Assembly: GCA_904063045.1 (NCBI GenBank)
Contig: CAJFCJ010000019.1
Location: forward strand, 982,570 to 1,046,569
DNA length: 64,000 nucleotides
Origin: Dimorphilus gyrociliatus
Taxonomy: Eukaryota; Animalia; Annelida
Direction of reading: 5' to 3'
Made by a program: the position numbers and the translations under genes. Of the stretch, positions 12,436 through 27,338 are shown piece after piece. The notes beneath the pieces are model-generated. The model saw only the letters and a list, made by a program, of their open reading frames with translations, had not been told where the DNA came from and searched no databases. Positions within the stretch are counted from its first letter, which is position 1. Each line of letters starts with the position of its first letter.

Positions 12436-15400
12436 AATAAGCTTTAATTTATTCTCTTCCTTTTAATTAATTAATGAAAAAATGTGCTATAATGACAAAT
12501 TTCGATTTGAAATTAGAACTAAAGGAAAAAAGCGGGAAAAAATCGTCACCTATTCATGATTCGGTGACTGGTGATATAACACCAGTGCCATCTGTTGGTA
12601 ACGAAGATCAAGATATTAGGGAAAACAATATTTCAACCCCTAGTTCGATTTCTCTAGAAATTAAAGAGGAAAATGACTTACGTTTGCCCTTAATACAGAA
12701 GGACACGAATCTAGTAACCTCAGGTAGACGGAATGGTGTAATCTCTATCCTCATTTTAATTTTAAAAAAAAAATACTCTTCTCGATTAACCTTCCTCCTA
12801 AAAAGTGTCTATTCACCCATATTCTATTACAACAAAATCCAATATTGTGTGTCTTTTTCTCTTTTATACATATTTGTTTATTCTAACTTCTATTTTATTC
12901 ATAACAAACCAAAACAGAACAACCTAAAAACTTTTGTTGATGTTTATTTTGGCTTATGATGATTTTGAAATTAATTTTTTTGCATAATTTTCTTAAATTT
13001 AGGCAATCAATCTACTTCTTCATCTGACAATCCTGATTCCAATAGCATACTTAATGAAAAGTCTGAATCAAATGATTCAAACCTTGATCATAAACTGGAA
13101 AATATAAACGATACTGATAAGACTATCAATTCTGAAAAAGAAAACGAAGAGAATCAAGATAAAAAGAGTCGGAGAGGTAGTAATAGAAAATTTGAAAAGA
13201 GAGTTAACCAAAGACCTAGACCTCGACCTAAACCGATTTTTGGTAACAAATTGAATAATATGGAATCCGAAGAAGGGGATGATGAAATTGTGGATCATCT
13301 CCCGCCTATACAAACTGAACAGAATGTAGAAAAATCAATAAAGGAAAAACAGCCCAAGTTATCAATAATAAAACGTAGTTATGGTCAAATTCCTAAAGAT
13401 GAAAAGGAAAAGGAAGAAGGTGACCTAAGCACATAAAACCCTACACCTATGTAGTGTATTTTATTAGATCTTCAATTACAAAACTTAGCTTGCACAAAAA
13501 AATTTAAACTAAAAGCATGTGTTTTATTGTTGTTTCAGCACCATAAAATAACTAATAGTCTTGTCACAATCAATCCCTATAAATAGAATTCATCACTCTT
13601 TTATTCCTTTTGTCTACTTCCCTTCCCCTGCTCCTTCCTCCCGTCCATTTTTATATTGTATTTTATTTTTACGCCTTAGCTGCCATAACATATTAACCAA
13701 ATATTCTATTTTTTGCTTCACTTTAACCGCACCGTTTACAGATAAAAATAGAGAAATTGCTAGTATTTATAAACCAAAGGAGGAAATAGAAAGAATTAGC
13801 AAGCGTTTACCTAAAAAAGTTGATAAAGGTAGCTAACGAAACATTACGTAATATCAACTTAAATGGAGTAAACTTGTTGTTAAAATTACACTTGATAAAT
13901 TGGTTTTTTATATGGTTTCTTTATCTATTTGCTTATATTAAAATAAGCAAGAAGGAAAAGAAAAATAAAACCATTTACTAATTTCTCCTCTCACTCTAAA
14001 TCTTCTATCTATATTAAATATTAAAAGTTTGCAGTGTTTTCTTATTTGAATGTGTTTTTGTATCTTTTTTTTTATATTAAAATTATTAATCTTATTGCTG
14101 AAAATTTAATATTTTTAGAAAGTTATTTCTAAAAATATTCCTTTTTTATTAAGGATTATTCACTACCTTTTTATTTCTTTCTATGTATTTCAACAGAGCC
14201 AATAGTCGATCACAATAAAAGCGAAGGTATATACAGCATTTAAATCTTTTTAATCTTCTTCAAACACCTCTTATAGAATTTATAATTACAGTTTGCAAAT
14301 AATAATTTCAGATACTCATAACAAAGTTCGTCCATTATCTAAGAAGGAGCGAAAAGAAGGACAAGTTAAAAGGCCTAAATCTAAAAAGAGGGAAGAATTG
14401 CCTAAAGTTCCTCAACCTGTAAAAGCTAAACCTGTAAGAAAAAGTTATAATCATTTACTTAGTAATCACCATAGGAGTATCAGCATTTATTAAGAATGAG
14501 AATACCCTGAATAGAACTATTCTGTGAATCCGTTAATAGCTTATTGACAAATGTGTCATGTAAAACGATTTGCTAATAGATCTACATTATCAGATAATCG
14601 CTTAATGCATTAACGCTTTTTTAATAACATTTGCTTTTATAAAACAGAAAACACGTGAACCTAGTCCTGTTGAAAGGGAACCTTCTCTGTCTCCAGAGCC
14701 AGATGCACCCGCTTTCGAAAGAGATTGGACCCTGCCTCCTCCTATAAAAAGCGAACCGCCACCCTTGCCTAAGGCATCCCCAATCATACCACCGGCATTA
14801 GAAGACTATGAGGAATTAGATCCCCCCAAAAGGGAGATCTCGAAGACTAAAGACGATCACCCACCACCTCTATTGGAACCCACTTCCTTAAGAGCCGTAG
14901 GTGACGGAACGAAGAAAAAGAAAAGGAGGTATACACTGTACACATTATAATTATTTTTATTGGACATAGAGTTCAATTAGTGAAATAACAAGAAAGGAAT
15001 AGAGTGCCATAAATATAAATAATTGAGCAAAATCTTGGATGTTACTTTCTTCTAGCCCCAAGATAATTGAATAATTTTGTGAAGATATAATTACTATAGT
15101 ATAGAATTTCCTAATTGATCTATTATAATTAAATTGTCAATTCATCAAATTTACATTAAAAACTTTGAAAAATTTCGGGCTGACATCTTTTGATTATTAT
15201 TAATCCTTCACTTTATAAAAATAGTTCGCTTTTATCAGTATATACTATATAAATAATATGTTGTATTTTTAGGGAGAGGAAGAAATTGAAGCCTCCTGCT
15301 TTTAATGTTGCACCAATCGCTAAACCTGATATAAAGGGCGTTGTTGATCCCTTAGATTACCTCTCTAAATATTGCATTATAACGTGAGAAGAATGCATAT

Positions 15401-17400
15401 TTTTAGAAATTAAATCGTTGATTAATTAACTAAAATTTAAACAGTCCCGATAGATTACCTGTTTATGCTCGTGTTTTTGAAGAGACTATTGGCATGCAAT
15501 TATATCCTTATTCTAATGTACCACCTAATCCTGAACACGTTAGAAACTATGATAACTCTGTCTTGTAAGTAAACAAAATTGACAAAAAAAGAGAACGAAA
15601 CTATGTTATTAATGTTTATTCTCTCATTGAATAGCGCCGATGAGCAAATGCCTCAAGCTAAGTGGACTAGGAAGCCTGTTTTATCTGAAAAGGAGAAAAA
15701 TAAGATAGACAATTATATACTAATAGATCAACCTTCGCACAATACAAGTCAAGTTTGTTTCTATTTCATAGCCGTAATTTATTTTCTTAATGGGAGTTTT
15801 GGAAAATCTAGGTTAAATCTGCAAGTGATCAAATGGTTGATAAGATCAACTTTACCAACGATTCTCTTTTAGAGAAGTATGAAAAGTTACAAGGAGAACT
15901 TGAAAAACTGCAAAGTATATAGTTGTATATCTTCTTCGTTTTCTTGTAATAATTTTATTAATTATCCTATAGGACAAAAGATTAAAACTATCCTGCAAAT
16001 AGCAAAACGAGATTATCAGCAAATAACTATGAAGGACTATAAACCGGTGAAAGATAAGAAAAAGAAGAAAAAGGTTAGTTTGCAACATATATCAAATATA
16101 TATGCTATATTTATGGACGAATAGGCTTTTTACAAATTGAAAATGTATATACTGCAAAAATTAACACAGAATAAGAATTCGTCTCCAATACCTACTTTAC
16201 CCAAAAATATCTTCGATCCATCCCCAAACGAAACAGCTCTAGAAAAGAGTGAACGTCTTAATTGGCTTAATTTACACGCGGATGATGACGAAATATACTC
16301 AAGAATTAATCAAAATATGTATTCTACGGTACCGCAATAAATTCTTTTCCTAACAAATTAAACTCAGTCAATAAGTGATTAAAACTAAAAAAAATCATTT
16401 ACAGATTTGCGAAGATGAGGAAATGAAAAGGATTGATTTATTATTAAGGCGAACTACAGATAAGTTAAAACAGGTCGATGATAGAATTGAAGATTTAGAA
16501 GATGAGAAGAAGATGTTGTTGTTAAATAGTCGGGATATCTATGATATAAACATGACCAAAGAAACGAAACCAGACGAATTTAGGCGAAGACAGAGTGTTT
16601 TGTATCAAAATGTCCATCCCGCTGTCGTAAGTATTATAGTTGTTATAGCAACCAATTAATAATACAGACTGACCGATAATATCATTAAAGGACTACGAAA
16701 TGAACTTTTCGGAGTTAGAGGAGGCATTGCAAGACATTAATAACCATCTAATTACAGAGAATGAATTGAAATACATTTATTACGTAGGTTCCCTCTTTAT
16801 TATTTTCTTTTCATTATAGAATTTAATAGGAAAAAACTTAGTAAATATAATTTTTATGGACATAATTAGATATTGGATGTTCCTGGTAAGAGGCGAATAA
16901 ACATGCAATTATTCAGTGTAATAGCTGCCTTAAGCGAAAAAGTAGCCCAAGTTGAGTAAGTATTAGCTATATTATTTCATAAAATTTGCATTCTACCATC
17001 GTAAGATAATCTTCTAAAAAACAGCAATTATCTACCAAATTACCCATTGTACAATTATTTTCTTTAATGTTTATACAGTTCACTTGTTCGAAATTTAATC
17101 AATAAATTTAATTATGAGGCACTTGATATAAAAATGGAAAAGGCTAAAGAATTGTTCTATTTATTGGACGGGGAAAATAATTATGACGTTCCGGAAGGTA
17201 AGGCTGGAGCCAACAATTTATTGGTGGAATTAACTGCTGGTGGATTAACTTCCGAGCATGTTGAATTAGTCGTTCGTAAATTCAATAGGGACCAAACTGG
17301 TATTATTGATTTTCTAGACTTTTTAACATATATTCCATTATTCTTAGAAATTCATTCAAGGATCGTTGATGATCCATTAAATCAAGAAAGAGATTTATAA
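7035..17400 (+). CDS. Uncharacterised multi-exon protein (more than 20 exons): N-terminal region with CxxC-x5-CxxC, long S/E/K/P-rich low-complexity linker, C-terminal EF-hand-like domain. The 5' end is uncertain (ATG 7035 or ATG 8064).
   Basis: Phase-consistent GT-AG exon chain traced by hand from 8064 through the 8.4, 8.5, 9.0, 9.2, 10.0, 10.1, 10.25 and 10.47 kb exons. Later exons encode KPDIKGVVDPLDYLSKYCII and MNFSELEEALQDINNHLITENELKYIYY. The last exon (ORF 17134-17400) has a canonical 12-residue EF loop NRDQTGIIDFLD. How the 7035-7493 exon joins is ambiguous. Confidence 0.65.
12400..12432. repeat. (GT)n microsatellite, intronic
   Basis: Direct inspection. Confidence 0.95.
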
Positions 17401-18444
17401 TAAATAAATAAATAGATAAAAATTATCTATTGATGCATCTTAAAGTATTTTTTCTAAATATTTTTAACAGACTTTTTACCATATCATACCATCCTTCTGA
17501 ATATGAAAGATTTCTTAATTTGTTCCAAAGCGTTAGATGGCGTTACATACATTTAGAATGCAAAAAAAAAATAAAAAATATAACAGAGAGCAACAATATA
17601 CATTAAACATAAGGATTTAGCCGTATTGAAGTCTTTGGTATTTGAATACTCTTAAAAAGGATAAAAGTGAAAAGAGTAGCTAACAGCGCAGTTACCCATT
17701 TATTATTATTCTGTAAAATTTAGATAGACAAATTAAGAGTACTTAAATAACTTCAAAAGAAGGGGTGTGTATAACTGCGAAGAACAACTGTAATGTTACA
17801 TAGCTTATCAATTAGATTTTTTTAACAAAAAAGAGAAAAAAATTAAAGAACATCTCAAGATTTTCTTGTAATCCTATTCTAAAAAATGTCAATCAAGTAT
17901 AAAATTCCGGGAAAGAATTATTAACAAATTAGTTTACCATTTTATTCTTAATTCCTTATAACCTTTCCTCGCTAAACCATTTGCAGTAGCTTACTTAGTA
18001 TTGTCAAATTCAGAATTATTTTAAAATTGTTGTAAAATATTAATAATTATATTTAGCTGATTATAAATTCAATGCAAGGGCTCTTTCTTTAGTATTTATT
18101 CTGCCTTCACCAAATTCAATACAAATTCTTAAAGTATCAGCTTAGGCCTTCGATTTGTTCTCTCTTCCTTTTCTCGCTCGCTCACTAGCCCACTAGCTAT
18201 CTCACTCTCTCTCACTCTCTCACTCTCTCTGCCTTTCTCACTCTGTCTCTTTCCCCCTTATCTATCTCTATATCTATCCATTATCTAACCATCTATCTCT
18301 CTTTCTTTTATTTTCAGTTGCTATATCAATTTAATTCTCCAGTTGTTTAATAATACATATATTAAATGGAAATTTGAGAGAGAAAGAGCATAAGCAGATA
18401 GAGTTACAGAACGATTTTAAATCAAATTGTTTATATATTAACTT

Positions 18445-20161
18445 TTAACTTATTGCTCTCTGAATGTTTTCGAAAGTCCATTCCGATTCTTGAAGTGATT
18501 CGCCAACAGTAAAAGGTCCGTGCATTATTCTCTCAAGCGTTTTAACATGACCACAAGTATTTAAATCTAAAAAATATAGAATGCAAAGAAACATTACTAA
18601 AATTTGATTACTATAAACAAATTAATAAATAAGGAAACATAATAAAGACAACATAGCATGACTACCATTTGCCAAATCTCGAGCAAGACTTCTTACGTAA
18701 AAACCACCTCCACATTCCAAAACTGCAAAATAGATTAATACGTAATTTTGCAACCATCGTAGTTTGTTATCATGAAATAGAGAAGAAAAATACTTAGTGT
18801 AACCAGGGGTGGTTTAAACTCTAAACATTCCGCTGATTTTAATAAAACTTTACGAGGCTTAATAACTGGAAGAGGTTGTCCTTCCATAACTAAATCGGAT
18901 AATCTTTTACCCTTGAATTTTATAGCCGAATATCTATAAGAAAGAGAGAAATTGGTGTTTATTGTATTTATATATAAAGAAAACCTTTTGTTTATAATAT
19001 TTATTCGAGTTTGATTAAGAATATCTTACAACGGTGGTATCTGTTCGGTATATCCGAGTTTATTCTCTATAGACAATTTTAATTCTTCTTTATTGACGTT
19101 TTCTTAAATAAAAAAAAGAAAATTATAAAAAGAAATTCGTGTCTTTGTTACTTTTCTATTGTTAACGAAATAAATAGGATACAGCCGTAATAGTGGGAAA
19201 ACGTGTTGCACATTTACAATCAAAGTTTACCTATAGAAATTTTAGAGGAGCATACAAAAATTCTAAAAAGAAAGAAAATATTTCGCTTATTTTTAAAATA
19301 CAAAACTAAAAAAGAAAAAAAAATTGATAGATAAATCCATACTTAAATATATTTTTAGATATATTCTTTTCTCTATTAATTCTAATAAAACGTTACTATT
19401 TTTAGAAATGTTCGAAGAATTTCGTTCTTTTGTTCTTTTAAAAAGAACGTTCTTAAAAACTAATGTTGACATAGTTTTTGACATCTGATTGTTTTATCTT
19501 TAGTAAATATGTCAAGATTGATATATTTATAAATTTTGCGAATAATAGCTGAGTAGCGTTAATGTTTCAAGTTTGATTTAAAAGAATGATTTAATCGTAG
19601 GAAGTAAAAAGAAGGTAACTAACTATTATTCAAAACTCTGACGACACGACCATCTGCATGTAAAGTATCAGTTTCAACTCCAAATTCTATTGTACATTTA
19701 TAAATCTGTGTGTGGTTTATATCAAAGTAATAATTAATCGTTTTTTTATAGTAAAAATAAGGGAAAAAAGTAGATTTTAAGTTTCTTTTTACGAAATTTT
19801 TATAACCTTTGTTCCATGTAATAAAGCTGATAATTGTTTACATCCATCTCCTACGCCTACTGCCAAAACGCCTGAAGCTTGATAATCTAATGTTCCGCCG
19901 TGTCCAACCTTCGGATCTAAAAAATCCATATCAATTACTGAAGATAAAAATTAATAGTAGTGTAGTACGAAATCGTATTTGCTACTTATGCAAATTAGTA
20001 TGATGTTGCATTCTTTTATTTAAAAAAAAAAGAAGCAAAAAATTAGGTCAATTACATTTTGCGTACGTTTCGTTGAGAACATTCTTTATTCTCTTACAAA
20101 CTTGTGCACTAGTAATTCCAGTAGGCTTTATTACAGAAAATACTCCGTTTAGTTTATTCAT
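18445..20161 (-). CDS. TRUB1: tRNA pseudouridine-55 synthase, TruB family (7 exons, about 230 aa)
   Basis: Hand-translated minus-strand exons: [42 protein letters not shown] (catalytic Asp motif), [63 protein letters not shown]...[11 protein letters not shown]. All exons are too short to appear in the ORF track. Confidence 0.92.
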
Positions 20162-20373
20162 TCGTATTGAACCGAGCGATAATTGACATATTTTGAAAGT
20201 ACTCTGAAATGTTTATTTCAAGGGTAAAAGTTCTCTAAGTTTTACCCTCTTCTCTAGTCGCTAATTCTCTATGCAAAGTAAAGGCTTCCTGTTCTTATCC
20301 GGTAAGGATTTAGCTACAAAAAACACATGGATAGATACAAAATTTCTAATTTAAGAAATAAGGGAATCGTGCT

Positions 20374-20381
20374 ACTTCCGG
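20374..20381. promoter_or_regulatory. ETS/GABP-like motif ACTTCCGG in the TRUB1/RalGAP-alpha head-to-head interval
   Basis: Single motif in a 580-nt divergent interval; a similar CGGAAGTG lies at 55504-55511 upstream of SmD2. Confidence 0.3.
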
Positions 20382-20740
20382 TTTGAGCTAGGACTAATCT
20401 CAGCAAGAAAATTTTGAGATATATATATTCAACAAGGTGTCACGATATAGATAGTCTATTTACATAACTAACATTGAGTTTAATAAAGATATATAAAAAT
20501 AAATAAGAGAAACAAACTAAATGGCATAGGAGTGTTATTGAAATAAAATAAAAAAAAAAGATTACGCAATAGAAGAGAAAAGTTATCAGTAATCAGAAAA
20601 AATTTGTTATAAAGAATTTAGGCCGAGAGAAAATAACCGGCCAATTGCGTGTTTATGTGTGTCTTGATGCCACCTGAAACTCGGGCGCTTCTCATTTATT
20701 GCCTATACGTTGCACGCTTAGCAACACTGTAGCCAATTTG

Positions 20741-23700
20741 ATGGCTAACAATGATAAAACTACTTCAACTATGAACGAAAAGTTAAACTTTCCTACTAGA
20801 AGGAGAAGTTTACTAGAAAGGCTTATACCAAATCGTAAGAGAAGTTTGAGGGCGCAAACATCAAAGAGTTGCGATAATGTTTTCGAGGAAGCTAATCGTG
20901 AAATTTCACAGAACAAAGTAAAACAGAGAAGAGCTACTTCGGATTCGGTTGAAAATCTTCACGTTCAGCCTCGCCCCAGCAGAAAAAGTAGCATCTTTCG
21001 TCATTTTCAGCGTAATGATCATATGGATGTTCACCAAGATATGAACGCTATTCACAGACATTCAGTTACAGTAAGTATTTACTTATGGAAATCTCTCTTT
21101 TTAAATAGAGCGCGTAAAACCCTTACCTGTTTCCCTGAAATGTTGGGTTCCTGTTCCGTTTTCTCAATTGCAGTACGCAAGTCGTACCTGTACACCATAT
21201 CATGCCATACTATCTTACAAAATGGCCGAAAATGTTTATAAAATCGGTCGATTTTCGTTGAGACATCACTTCAAAACGTTTAAAACAACAAATGTAGTTA
21301 GGCGATAGACGGAGATAATTCTCAACTGTTAATCAAAGGTTCATACGCTTCTTTTCAGTACGTCATTTCTTAATAAATTATCCTACGTACCACCCAGTAT
21401 CACTCTATTCTAGCAAGTCACAAATTTCGCCCTAATTTTTCAGATGACCAGCATGTTTGGTACAAAGAAACACGCCGATCTGAAGAAACTTATCACTAAG
21501 CTTAAAGATAGCAGCAAAGGAATATTCGGAAGAATCAAGAGTTTAAGAAACGCCCTATGTTTGTATTTAAACAACTAATACAATTTGTTTAATTAATAGA
21601 TGATCACTTCAGGTGAAGCTGCAGAAGCTGAAGCAAGTGAATTTCTGCGAGAAAATTATTACTTAGTATTTTACTTGATCTCAGATGCTTTTGAACATTT
21701 GGAAAATATCAGTACGAAGACCCACAAGAAAGGAGATGAAGTCGATGTTACAATCGAAATGTTAGAAAGATTAATTATGGAAAATCCTGATCCAATATCA
21801 ATAGGGTGGCAACAAAACGGTATGGGTAGACTAATTAAACGCTTACTTCATCCTAACAATTTGAAGGAAAAAAGAGAAATAGGAATAAAATTATTCCTAG
21901 AGTGGTACTGCATAATGAGAGATTCTTCCTCAAATTTTTGTGATCAAACCTTCCAAGATCTGATTCCCTCCGATTTTAATAACCACAGCCTTAACTTACA
22001 ACATGACTTTATATTTACACCTGGCGAATTTGCTCTAAAAATATCTCCTGCTCCTTTTAATCCCATAGTTGTTAAAAGTCCGAATGAATATTGCGAATCT
22101 CGCGAGTTAATGCGAAAAATGCTGGATTTGATCATCCTAAGTCCGGATTCCATTCGTTGGCCTGAAGCCTCGCATAAATTGAAAGCTCTTAATTTTTTGA
22201 TGAATCGCCTGAAGAAAGTTTACGTAGGGAAACTATTTAAAAATTCGCCATTATGTAGTATTTATAACACAAATCCACCCCCTCACCCAGACAAATCAAC
22301 AATGGTCAATGATCCTATTGACGGGGTACGTGAAGAATTATTACTGTGGTTAGCAAAATACGTGTGTAGGTCTCAAGATATGGCTATAAGCAACGTGAAT
22401 GAAGATCTGATACACCAAGTAATTTTTTCATCTCGTCATTCAGTTGATGTAGTACTCGATCTATTCCGGTATGCCCTCTTATTACCTGCATCATGCTACT
22501 CTATCAAAAAGCAAATTCTATATGTCTACACTAGTTGGTTTTTGACACATCCAAATGGTTCACAGGCTATGCCGCCCATCTTCTTTAATCGTTCTGAAGT
22601 TGAAAAGACTCAAAAAATGTTTGAAAGCCTCCCGTTAGAACCCAATGTAAATAACAAAGATGAGAGAGATTCGTACGTGCCCTTCCAAAGGGCTCTAACT
22701 TGGTACATAATTCATATCGCCGGTATTTTACAACCGTATAAATGCTATTCGGATCTTGAGCAAGAACGACATTTGGAATTGTGTTCATTAGTCATTAATA
22801 ATTATAAACGATTGTCGCAAGAAGTTCGTCTGGAGAGAGAAACATGGCATGAATTGTTATTAGTTTTATTAAGAAGTACTGACATCTTAATGGTGAAAAG
22901 AGATGCGTTCACAAACAACCTTGCTAAACAGCTATTTAGCGTAAGTTCGTTATAATATATTTTATACACGTACTATTACATATTAAAAAAGTAGATGTCA
23001 ACTCCCACTAGTCTGGAGAATACTATATTAAACTTTATTAGTTATAGATTATATCTAATAAATATTCAGTGGGCTCCAAAATAAGATTAAGATAAAGCCA
23101 ACAATTACGTCTAAAGTATTCGCGTAATATGTGCCAAATATTTTACAGATTTATATTATTTATTACAGACACTTTTAACTATTTGGTTAAAAGCTGCTCA
23201 AACTGTCGAGATAGAGAAGGGGCTGTGGAATAGTTTACTCTCGTCCTTAAAGTCCTTAACCAGGTGGAAAGAATTAATTGATGAATGGTCATCTCGTCTA
23301 TTTGACTTGACAAAGGATTTAGCTGTGAAAGTCTACGGAGTAGAACTTCCTGATGGAGACAAGACCAAACACTCTGACAGGATAGCAAGTCGTCAAAATA
23401 ATTCCTTAATAAGTCGAGTAAACACAGAAATTGAAGGCAGAAGCGGATTACCTCCTCAAGAATTTTCGCCACAAAAGGTTAAAGCACAAAAGCTCCTTCA
23501 AAAAGAAAAGCGACAAATATCTGGTGAAGCCACACCTGGTAGTAAATTATCCTTAGACGATGAAGAACCACAGCTATCTAAGTGGCGATCCGATAGTGAC
23601 TTAACAGCTGCAGATGATAATTGTGAAACATTACCTAGGGTAGCTAGCCATACAAGTGTATACGAAGCAGCAAATGCATCTCCTGCCAAAGAAATTCGTG

Positions 23701-26700
23701 CAATAAAATCTCAGGACACAGAATATAGTACTAGTATTATTGGAGGTGAAGGGTTAGAAGGGGCAGTCGTCTTGTGGAGACGATTCGTTGGTATTCTTGG
23801 AAATGTAAATGAAATTGAAGAACCCTATTCGTATGGGGAGATAGTAAGGCAAATTGAGAGAATTATTGGTAAACTTGAATACGTGAGGGATAATATGAAA
23901 TTTGATTGTGACGTCTATCCCCCAATTGCTTGGTTTTCATCTTGGTTGTTTGCTGCTCTTCGTTTGGATGATAGTTATCAAAAGGGTAAACTGACAGCCA
24001 TAAAACTACTCTGTAAATTATTATTGGACGACCCCAAAGCCCGTCATTCTTTATCGTTTATAAGCCGTTTTATTCACACTATTCACACCGTCCTTCATTC
24101 GGGCAATGATGAATTACGTAACATAATTGTCAAAGAATGTTCTTCCAAGATATTGAGTGCCGACGTTGCTGGTGTTTCATTACTATTCTCTCACTTGGCT
24201 CATGCATCTTACTCAGTCTTAGAGAGTAAAGATTTAAACCAACCACGTAAAGAAGCAGTTTCACTTTTATTTGGTCTTCTAAATGTGCATGATGATTCCC
24301 TACCATCTTTAGATCCACGTTGCCTAAGTCCTGCTTTAGTCGAATGCAAAAACCTAAAAGAGGATATTATACAGAAGTTAATTTATTATTCTAAAACTGA
24401 GCAGTCTGAGGATGCAAGAATTGTCGCATTGAACTCAATTTCATCGTTCACTTATAAAGAACTTAGTATTTGTTCACAGGATCGCTTTCCTCATCCAGTT
24501 GTGAAAGATAACATACACGTCCTACTAGCAACCGTTCACTCTGAAAAGCTGAAACAAAAATCCATTAGTAGGGTGGCATGTGACCTTCTGGTTATGCTGG
24601 CCGAAAAAGTAGATAAAATCTTAACGTTTGTTGCGGACATTCCTGGAAGAGTGATTGAAAGTCTCGTTCATACTCTTTGCACTCTACTAAGTAAACCTGA
24701 TGAGAAGTTGACCGTGGGGGTGATGTTAACTTGCTTAGAATGGGTCATGAGATGCCCTTTACCACTGTTATTAGATAACGGAGCGGGAGCCTATAAGTGC
24801 TTCTTACAAAAGGTATTCAGTGCCTTGGAGCAGGCCTCTTCTGGAGATATTCAACCAAGACCAGATGAGCCATCTATCGTTTATGAAACCATTGAAGATG
24901 TATACAGTAGCACGAAGTTTAACGATGATAATCAATTTAGCATTAAACTCGCCGCTGATGCCGTAATAAACAGCTTAATAAATCTTCTTGGCGTTTGGCC
25001 TATGGGTGGTGGAGCTGCCCTTTTGCACAGTCATGTAAACGAGGCTCATGATAACGTTAGTGATCTGAGCGGTGAATTTACCTCATCTATCTTAAATGCA
25101 AGCAACCTTCAATGGCTGGTCTCTAATGGAGGGTCTGTAATATCTGCAATTCAATTGCCACAACATTTGTCAAACGGTGGTGGGACAGGGGGATTAGTTA
25201 GGGCAGAAAATCAAGCGAGATTCTTAATTAGAAATTTTATTGGAAAGTATTGCTGGGACGCAACATTCGTTTACGGAATGGGCAACTGTCGTTCGGGGTC
25301 ATATACCTATTCGAATGAAGATGTGAAGCCATTGTCTAATAAGGCGCTAACTTATCTGACAAAAAGTGATGCCTTTGCAAACAAGTTCAATGAACTGGAT
25401 TCTTTTTTATTGTATATTGAAGAATCTAGTCCGGAATGTAGGCTAAAACCGGGCCAACCCCTTGATTCTCCATATCCCTTGCCCTCGTACTTCGGAAGCG
25501 AAGCAATTGCTAACGCTACGAAAAGTTTGACTAGTCAGCAAGCAGCAGAGAATGAACGTACATGGACTAACAGAAACAATCCAAGTGTAGTGGCTAAAAG
25601 AGCCGACGCCCAAGAAGTAGGACCAAGAACAAAATTTGAAGTCGAATGGCCTTTTTGTATAACAAGATTATTCCTCTGGCATTTGGGTTTGGGACCGATT
25701 GAAAAAAGGCAAAGTCTCGATATCCTTGAACAAGGCGACCCCTTAATAAGACATTTGAAAAACATCGATAAGCAGTTGTGCAGGGAAACACATAAGGTTG
25801 GATTACTTTATGCAGCCTCTGGCCAAAAGACCAAAGCGGAAATGCTCGACAATGATGCAGGTTCAAGATTATTTGAAGATACTGTCTCAGGCCTTGGTTG
25901 GGATGTTGAATTATCATCTCATCCTGGCTTTACAGGAGGACTTTCACGTAACAAGTGTACAACAACTTATTATGCCTCTTCTTGGCAAGAATTAGTCTGG
26001 CATGTTAGTACGCGGATGGAGAGCGGCAGTGATGAAAAACGCCATCTAAAATTAAAACATCTAGGAAATGACGAAGTACTTGTCGTGTTTGTCGAAAAGG
26101 GAGCAAATTTTTCCAGGAGCACCCTAAGAACGGATTTTGCTGACGTTCTAATTATCATAAAACCGGCTCCGTCAACCAGACTTTCGACAAAAGCTGTCTC
26201 TGTTACTATCGACACAAAAAAGAGTAACATGCATGTTGGTCCCTTATATAATGGGGCCATTGTAGAGATTAGATGCTTGCCTCAGCTCTTAAGAGCAACC
26301 GTCCTTAACGCTTCTAGGAAGCTTCGATTTTTACTGCCTCATTTTAAGCAATTCTATGAGGAAAGATCTCACTACGTGAAGATGCTTGTTGAAGAGAAAA
26401 GACGAAGGTGCACTTTTGAAGATTTTGCGGAAGCGCTTTTTGCTCCGGTCTTGCCTTCTAGTCAGTTTTATTATTGATAATCAAACTCTTTTATAATCAA
26501 TAGTCAATAACGTAATTCTCCTTCAATTGTTTACAGTATCAGTGCCATACCTGCATAAGCGTAACAGTCCTGCAGTAGAAAATAGCGACCACAATGCTGA
26601 GAGTGAGTTGTGTATTGATCATTTTTGATTTTAAAGTAAATTCTAATTGCTTTCACAAAGGTCGAGAGACTATGTTTACTTGGCATGGTCAAAACCTAAG

Positions 26701-27199
26701 TCAGTTTAGAAAAAAACTGACGTCTAGCGACGTTTAGCGCAAAAGGTTACATTTTATAGATAAATTTAGGAAATGGGTCATCTATATAAGCATGCCTGTA
26801 ATGCAGTTAAATTTTGTCGGGCCTTAATAACGCTTAATTACAACCTTGTCATTTGTTGTATAACCGCTAATTAGACAAACTAAATTATTGATATATAATG
26901 GATGATGGTAGAGGAAATAGTAATAATTTCGTTCAAGCTCCCTTTTAAAAAGAATGCATGATTTATAACAACAATCGTTGTTCAAAGGTCTGACCTGAGT
27001 AATTCTAACTTTTAAAGCAACTGCTTATTTATCAGATAACGAACCCGGGGTCGATAAGGGAGAGGATAACTTAAGCGTCGATAGTATAACGAGCGCGGAG
27101 AGCGGTAACGCCAGTTCGTCCTCAGGAGTGGGAAACATGCTGGCACGTTTCGCCACTTCGGCTGTTCGGCGCAGTAATCACAGACAGATTAACAGTTGA
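20741..27199 (+). CDS. RALGAPA: Ral GTPase-activating protein catalytic alpha subunit; exons 20741-21070, 21444-21558, 21613-22940, 23169-26460, 26537-26602, 27036-27199 (1764 aa if all are used)
   Basis: The N-terminus MFGTKKHADLKKLITKLKD matches the recalled RalGAP-alpha start. The C-terminal Rap-GAP domain has RETHKVGLLY, FTGGL, HVSTRM and KLKHLGNDEV (Asn-thumb motif). All five introns are GT-AG and phase-consistent, 5295 nt in total. Confidence 0.92.
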
Positions 27200-27338
27200 T
27201 TTTTATCAACGCTTTACGTTTTCTTTTTTTTTTTTTGCACATTCGTTTATGCTTTTATTTATACAAAATTGCATGACGTTATCCATTTGTAAAATCGCGT
27301 GGTGATTGAATGAATACAAAAATGAAAGAAATCAAAAT

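Noticed and set aside
17950-18140. Short minus-strand frame DTLRICIEFGEGRIN downstream of TRUB1
   Set aside because: No start codon or consistent splice partners; probably 3' UTR or intergenic.
23179-26260. Minus-strand ORFs inside RalGAP-alpha (and similar ones inside INTS11, DHRS7, GPR158, Claspin and iRhom)
   Set aside because: Antisense or alternative-frame shadows of well-supported coding exons.
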